The notes below the pieces were generated by a model, which did no database searches, was not told the origin of the DNA, and saw nothing but the letters and a program-made list of their open reading frames with translations. The translations under genes were made by a program, and so were the position numbers. From contig CAIQIE010000263.1 in assembly GCA_903871805.1 (NCBI GenBank), positions 518 to 64,517 of the forward strand: 64,000 nucleotides of DNA, written 5' to 3'. This DNA is from an uncultured Planctomycetaceae bacterium. Its GTDB lineage: Bacteria; Planctomycetota; Planctomycetia; Planctomycetales; Planctomycetaceae. Below are positions 60,201-64,000 of this stretch, one piece after another; position 1 is the first letter of the stretch; each line of letters starts with the position of its first letter.

Positions 60201-63200
60201 AAACCTGACGTATACTCGCCGAGCACTTGGTCTGATTGTGTCTCATGAACTTGGCCATGCGTTGTCCCTGCGTCATATCGCAGGAGCAGGTGCGGTGACT
60301 CCAGCCGGAGCAAATCCAATCATGGGAACCCCGGCGATCGACCTGCCTGTTCAGGTGCTTGTGGAAGAATCTCGTTTTTCTCTGAATGGTACCAATCCTG
60401 GCGAACTTCCTGGCGAAGCACCATTCCAGCAGAACGATGTTTCCCAACTGGCCTCTGCAGTCGGGACACGTATTGCCGCCGGTGAATCGAAGGTGGGGAT
60501 TCGAGTCAATGCGACGGATAGTGCTCGTCTGCTCGAGTCGACCTTCAACAACAACTCACTCAGTGCCGGTGAAGATGGCATTGCGATTCTGATGAACAAC
60601 AGTGCTGTTGCAGAAGGTGTGACGATTCAGGGCAACCAGATCGCTGGCGGTGGTGGCAACGGTGTTCGTCTTGTGGCTGACGGTGCGAATGCGGAAATTC
60701 ACGCAGACAGCACAATTGGCGGGTTTGGGACCAACATTTACGGTGGAACTTCCTACAGCCAGGGGAACTTGATCTCCCGCAACGGTGGCGATGGTTTCCG
60801 GGCTGTGGCAGCTAATGGCGGTCTGGTGTATGGCAATCTGCTGAACAACACGATTACAGACAACGGTGGCAATGGTGCTGCTCTGTTGATTGACAATGGC
60901 GGCCGAATGGATTTCGGCACAGTGGCCAGTAACCGCGTGGTTCGCGGCAACACAATCACCGGAAACGGTGGAGCAGGTCTGCTCACGAACCAGCTGACAA
61001 ATCCTTCCACACAGGCCCAGCTGGACGCGACCGTCGTGGGCAATACGTTGTCCAACAACGGTGCTGGCGGTATTGTGTCACGGCTGTTCGGTGCGAACAA
61101 TGCTCCTCCGGCAATTCCAGCCCTCGTCAACAACAACAGGCTGAATCTGAAGGTTGGTGGAACCACAGCTGCAGACGCGAATACGATCAGCGGCAATGCT
61201 GAAGTGGGTGTCGGTGTGCGAGTGACCGGAAACGGTTATGCAAACGTTGATATGAAGAATGTCACCGTATCCGGAACAACAAACGGTGCTGACCCAACCT
61301 TTGACGGCGACGGAATCGCGTTCAATCGAGAGGGCTCTTCCCTGCTGACAGCAACGCTGTCTGGTGTGAATTCGACCGGAAATGCTGGTGATGGATTGAA
61401 TGTCAGCACTCAGGGAACGGACAAAACTGATCTGAATCAGCCATTCTCCGGTACCGCGAACACTGTCACAGCAATCGACAGTAACTTCAGCAGCAACGGA
61501 CAGAATGGTGCGTCGTTCACTGCTCGCGGTGACTCGACACTGATTGCGGATCTGACCAGAAGCACCTTCAGTGGCAACACTGCGAACGGTATTCAGGTCA
61601 ACACCTCGGAGAACGCCTCATTCGGAGACCCGAACGTGGGGCTGCCTCCGGGACGACGATCGGTGTTCAATGGTCTGGTTGTGAACGGCAACGGCAACGA
61701 CGGTGTGCAGATCAATGCCACTGAAGCGTCCCGAGCTCTGGTTGAAATCTCCAGCACACCAGGTGCAGCCGGTAGCGGAGCTCATGCCGCAGCCAGCACT
61801 CTTGGCAGCACAAGCATCTCCGACAACGGTCGCGATGGTGTTCGAATCGACACGACTGGTGGTCGCTCCGACATCCTGGTGACGTCCAACGCCGGTGCCA
61901 AAACCACGATTGACGGCAACGGGACGAACGGTGGTGGTAACGGGATCCGTTGGAACGCCAGCGGGGACTCTGATGGAACCCTTCGCGTGACCAACACCAC
62001 GATCAGTGGCAGCATCCGCGGGGCCAGTGAAGACGTTAATGGCGACGGTGTACTGAGCGCTGCGGAAGACCTGAACAACAACGGTGACATCGATATCGCA
62101 GACGGTGATGGTATCCAGGCCAATTTCTCAGAGAATGCGAACGCGACTCTGGTCGTCGGTAACGTTGGACAGGGCAATACGATCCAGAACAACCAGGACG
62201 ACGGGATCGCAATCACAGCAACCGGAAGCGACCTGACAGGAAATCCCCGTCCGATCATCAACATCTCGCACAATACCATCGGCGGTTCAGCCTCCGGGAT
62301 CACGGCCGGCAATGGTGGTGATGGTGTGAGCCTGAATGTGTTCGGTGGAACCGCGGTGGGTGTCGCACCTGGCCAGGTGGACTTCACCTCACCAGGTCTG
62401 ACGTTCAATGGAGGTGTTTCTGAAAGTGGGGCTGTGCCGCAGTTCACGATGACGAACAACGTGGTGACCAATAACGGTGCCCGGGGTATCAATCTGCTGC
62501 TGACGGGAGCGTCCGGAGATCGACGCCGGGATCCAACACCGTACTTCTTCGATCCTGTACGAATCTCCGTTCGCGACAACACAGTGGAAGCCAACGGTGC
62601 GGAAGGTGTGTTCTACCGAGCTGACTCGGACATGAACCAGAGCCGATTCGTCTACCTTGCCAACACAGGTGCACCTGGCGACGACAATCAGAACTGGCTG
62701 CCGATACGACCGGAATTCACATTCCTGAACTTTGGCAGTGTTAACGGCAATACAACCTACCTGTCACCCTACCTGAATCTGAACTCTGTCCAGAACAGTC
62801 TGTTTGAGCTGACTGGCAACACAATTCGGAATAATGGTCGGGCAGGCGTCACGGGAGAAGGCGTGAGAATTGATGTCGGCACCGGAGCCTATGTGGCTGC
62901 TGATGTTCAAAACAATACCTTTGGTGGAAATCTGGAAGCGGACTTCGCGACATCTTCCTTCCTGTCTGCCGGCAACACGTTTGATTCCAGCGACGAGTCT
63001 GGTGTAGATACCTTCGACTTCGTCTACCTTGACGATGTCGCTCAGATGGATCTGCGATTCCAGACCAACAGCGGTAACCAGATTGCACCGGACGACTTTG
63101 GTGCCGTCTACACGAACCTGGATCCTCTGAAGGAACAGTGGTTTGGAACAATCGACGTGGTACAGCGAGACGCCTCGTTCTTCCAGGTCGACAATGGCCC

Positions 63201-63345
63201 GAACCTGAACAGTCCGAACAATCAGTTCTTCACGTTCGGAATCACTCAGAACATCCAGAACGCCTTCAACGTCGGTGGTTACAACATTCGTGGTGCGGCC
63301 GATCCACTGTGGCCGAATCCAGGATTCACCCCATTCCTGCCATAG
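57247..63345 (+). CDS. Giant (2032 aa) surface protein: inverse-autotransporter-like N-terminal beta-barrel plus parallel beta-helix passenger with an embedded metzincin-like zinc-binding motif
   Basis: Signal peptide, a Pro-rich linker, and residues ~118-338 that resemble the intimin/invasin beta-domain. The rest consists of hundreds of residues of NxxxxNGxxG beta-helix turns. HELGHALSLRH lies at residues 1000-1010 with a downstream Met (NPIMGTP), and there are two Asp/Asn/Gly calcium-loop clusters. It is monocistronic with a strong terminator. Confidence 0.85.
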   Translation: MKPTRIFATASLFFSSIALITAANISAGDEGVVRMSSLRPQEGSVPVATPDPVGSGLVPPSSEGTATVPRAGTPLPQAVAPEMYPQPNSYSPYFERTLGATEVVPGAGYRPEAPFGPIMMFETNIGSGLGYDKGYQRLNARVPYHIIPNTTVLLGDVSASVTWDGMPVFSGGGIYRNYDPFRNRIFGSNAYFDYDKGYGNAEWTRATVGLESLGKYIDFRANAYIVAGSDSQLLSSTLLPDIQLMANSIYKTRVDVRDNAYSGGDFEVGGPLPLLGKYGMNMYPGAYFLTNSYGGSSVGAQIRWEALITQNLTVNTYLTHDGTFDTNAWVNLQYEIPNYRQKRTLRDRGTRERLMDPVVRAGRIHSRIDTLSNHEAQINPMTGLAWNLIHVDPNLLAAGDGSYENPFNTMQAAKVANNAGVDILRIRPREDDTGTNLTVNGGMGLFDDQILMSSLVPLELAPDCIIPTDDLTNAPLAPLISDPVMVAGGSVIRLANNNSVLGLRIDGANAAGTVFGNAISNPLPITNVNLTGNTFSQYVNGANLQDVSGRVIVQNNIFDGLLGVSENGLNLSVAGGSSANVLVADNTASDNSGAGLKIVAGPGSTLNADNPLGSAPTGILNNVASGNGTGISIEAKTGSTVNAVVEGNTAEQNTFDGLQMVADNSTFNLASMAQNKLNDNIGNGTFIHYLNGGTFNAVSEDANGNGILEPGEDLNGNGRLDQGIVSNVMSNNQIAGICIFGEDASAGVFDIGGPRPSLGNMMMGNREGGLLVDLKDTATAQTDALFNTIQGGNSKPGLTVVLDFIDPAQGTVVDANGRAVGPFDLASYGFNPSQYDLVTRAIMATVEDHYKNLPTNADNPLSSIPDGEELDIDFVIGDTGTAPSNGATEYYVVTIGDSTAAPAGLAGQSADIGNIRDKNGNGPGQGLLGYPQVNGASAVGVYTNNVNQLSSLLNPPNAFGGAVNDGIRVDPNNSAPYAITALTSGNLTYTRRALGLIVSHELGHALSLRHIAGAGAVTPAGANPIMGTPAIDLPVQVLVEESRFSLNGTNPGELPGEAPFQQNDVSQLASAVGTRIAAGESKVGIRVNATDSARLLESTFNNNSLSAGEDGIAILMNNSAVAEGVTIQGNQIAGGGGNGVRLVADGANAEIHADSTIGGFGTNIYGGTSYSQGNLISRNGGDGFRAVAANGGLVYGNLLNNTITDNGGNGAALLIDNGGRMDFGTVASNRVVRGNTITGNGGAGLLTNQLTNPSTQAQLDATVVGNTLSNNGAGGIVSRLFGANNAPPAIPALVNNNRLNLKVGGTTAADANTISGNAEVGVGVRVTGNGYANVDMKNVTVSGTTNGADPTFDGDGIAFNREGSSLLTATLSGVNSTGNAGDGLNVSTQGTDKTDLNQPFSGTANTVTAIDSNFSSNGQNGASFTARGDSTLIADLTRSTFSGNTANGIQVNTSENASFGDPNVGLPPGRRSVFNGLVVNGNGNDGVQINATEASRALVEISSTPGAAGSGAHAAASTLGSTSISDNGRDGVRIDTTGGRSDILVTSNAGAKTTIDGNGTNGGGNGIRWNASGDSDGTLRVTNTTISGSIRGASEDVNGDGVLSAAEDLNNNGDIDIADGDGIQANFSENANATLVVGNVGQGNTIQNNQDDGIAITATGSDLTGNPRPIINISHNTIGGSASGITAGNGGDGVSLNVFGGTAVGVAPGQVDFTSPGLTFNGGVSESGAVPQFTMTNNVVTNNGARGINLLLTGASGDRRRDPTPYFFDPVRISVRDNTVEANGAEGVFYRADSDMNQSRFVYLANTGAPGDDNQNWLPIRPEFTFLNFGSVNGNTTYLSPYLNLNSVQNSLFELTGNTIRNNGRAGVTGEGVRIDVGTGAYVAADVQNNTFGGNLEADFATSSFLSAGNTFDSSDESGVDTFDFVYLDDVAQMDLRFQTNSGNQIAPDDFGAVYTNLDPLKEQWFGTIDVVQRDASFFQVDNGPNLNSPNNQFFTFGITQNIQNAFNVGGYNIRGAADPLWPNPGFTPFLP

Positions 63346-63378
63346 TCTGACAGGCTGACGATCAGGAGATTTTTCTCA

Positions 63379-63413
63379 GGGCTGCCCGGTTTTCCGGGCA
63401 GCCCGTTTTCGTT
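63379..63413 (+). terminator. Rho-independent terminator of the giant gene
   Basis: GGGCTGCCCGG-TTTT-CCGGGCAGCCC forms a perfect 11-bp stem and is followed by GTTTTCGTT. Confidence 0.85.
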
Positions 63414-63649
63414 GCCGGGTTGGCAATTGCCCGGGATTTGTCCTGAAATCCCCAAATCCTTTGCGGCACCGGGCTGGTCAGACTTCAGGGCGATTTCCGG
63501 TTCTGCATCCCTGTTTACCGTTGGCTCGACCGTGTTTCGACGTTAAGCTGGAGCGAATAATGTCTGATCTGCTGCCTGCTTTCCGCGTGTTTCCTGCGAT
63601 TTCTCTCCACTACCTGCAACTTCTGACACCTGGATGAAAGTGTCTCCCA

Positions 63650-64000
63650 ATGCGTAAGCTGCATCGTCGCTCTGTAATCAAGGGGCTTGCTGGTGTGTCT
63701 CTGGCCCTGCCGGTTCTGCAGGCCATGGGAGAAGAAGTCAGCAGTCAGACTCCGCGCCGCTTTTGTGCGATGTACACCGCGAATGGGATGTCTTTGCCCA
63801 ATGCCGACAACGGAATCGGTGACTGGAGCTGGTTTCCGCAGACAGAAGGGGCCGCGTTTGAATTCGGTAAGTCCACGGAACCCTTGCGTCCCTTCCGCGA
63901 ACACCTCAGCTTTCTCGGAGGCCTGCATCATTCGTCGGGGGTAAAAGCAGATCCGCATATGTGTTCGGATATGTGGCTGACGGGAGCGCCGCTGCACAAT
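63650..64000 (+). CDS. DUF1552-family protein (5' part, runs off the window)
   Basis: My own translation from the ATG at 63650 is [30 protein letters not shown]...[15 protein letters not shown]...WSWFPQTEG...[16 protein letters not shown]. This is the typical DUF1552 N-terminus (Tat-like RR, LALPxLxxM, xYxxNG, LSGL). The frame is open to the window end. It is not in the ORF track because it has no stop. Confidence 0.85.
   Translation, partial: MRKLHRRSVIKGLAGVSLALPVLQAMGEEVSSQTPRRFCAMYTANGMSLPNADNGIGDWSWFPQTEGAAFEFGKSTEPLRPFREHLSFLGGLHHSSGVKADPHMCSDMWLTGAPLHN

Noticed and set aside
1-64000. A search by eye for tRNA (GGTTCGAATCC-type T-arms on both strands), rRNA, tmRNA and RNase P signatures, and for transposase, integron, toxin-antitoxin or defence-system genes.
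   Set aside because: None were found. T-arm-like strings at 4191, 16141 and 30571 lie inside CDSs or lack acceptor and anticodon stems. This manual negative should be confirmed with tRNAscan-SE, Infernal and defence-system HMM tools.

Overview
This is a chromosomal, mostly housekeeping window that looks like a Planctomycetota genome. The diagnostic content is DUF1080 and DUF1552 proteins, a PVC-type CxxCH haem-binding/LamG/beta-propeller giant protein, a Tat-signal beta-helix protein, peptidoglycan genes outside a dcw cluster, and unusually long non-coding gaps. I can support about 40 protein genes. They include a putative lipid methylation/export operon (two methyltransferases plus an MMPL/RND exporter), sucCD, an RsbW/STAS partner-switching pair, a cytochrome P450, a xerC-like recombinase, a histidine kinase, a pyrK-like gene and pdxA. 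They also include a large membrane-embedded sigma-54 activator, murE-murF, bioB, mnmA, a formyltransferase/PIG-L/phosphoglycosyl-transferase cassette, a thioredoxin plus SGNH/TPR pair and erpA. The rest are hypF-hypB with a detached hypC, a ceramidase-like hydrolase, csrA, metH and several very large secreted proteins. I recognised no rRNA, tRNA, CRISPR array, transposase or prophage genes. Four things stand out. (i) 57247-63345 encodes a 2032-aa protein that joins an inverse-autotransporter-like N-terminal beta-barrel to a parallel beta-helix passenger carrying an embedded HExxHxxxxxH/Met-turn zinc-protease signature, and it is preceded by a perfect 14-bp tandem repeat of about 10 copies. (ii) The 1-kb gap next to the sigma-54 activator holds a near-consensus -24/-12 promoter, four GGCGCC upstream repeats and a terminator-closed candidate sRNA of about 150 nt. 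(iii) A GGA-rich stretch lies next to csrA. (iv) The hyp maturation genes are scattered and orphan. All calls come from motif-level reading of the translations and the DNA. No database search or computation was run.
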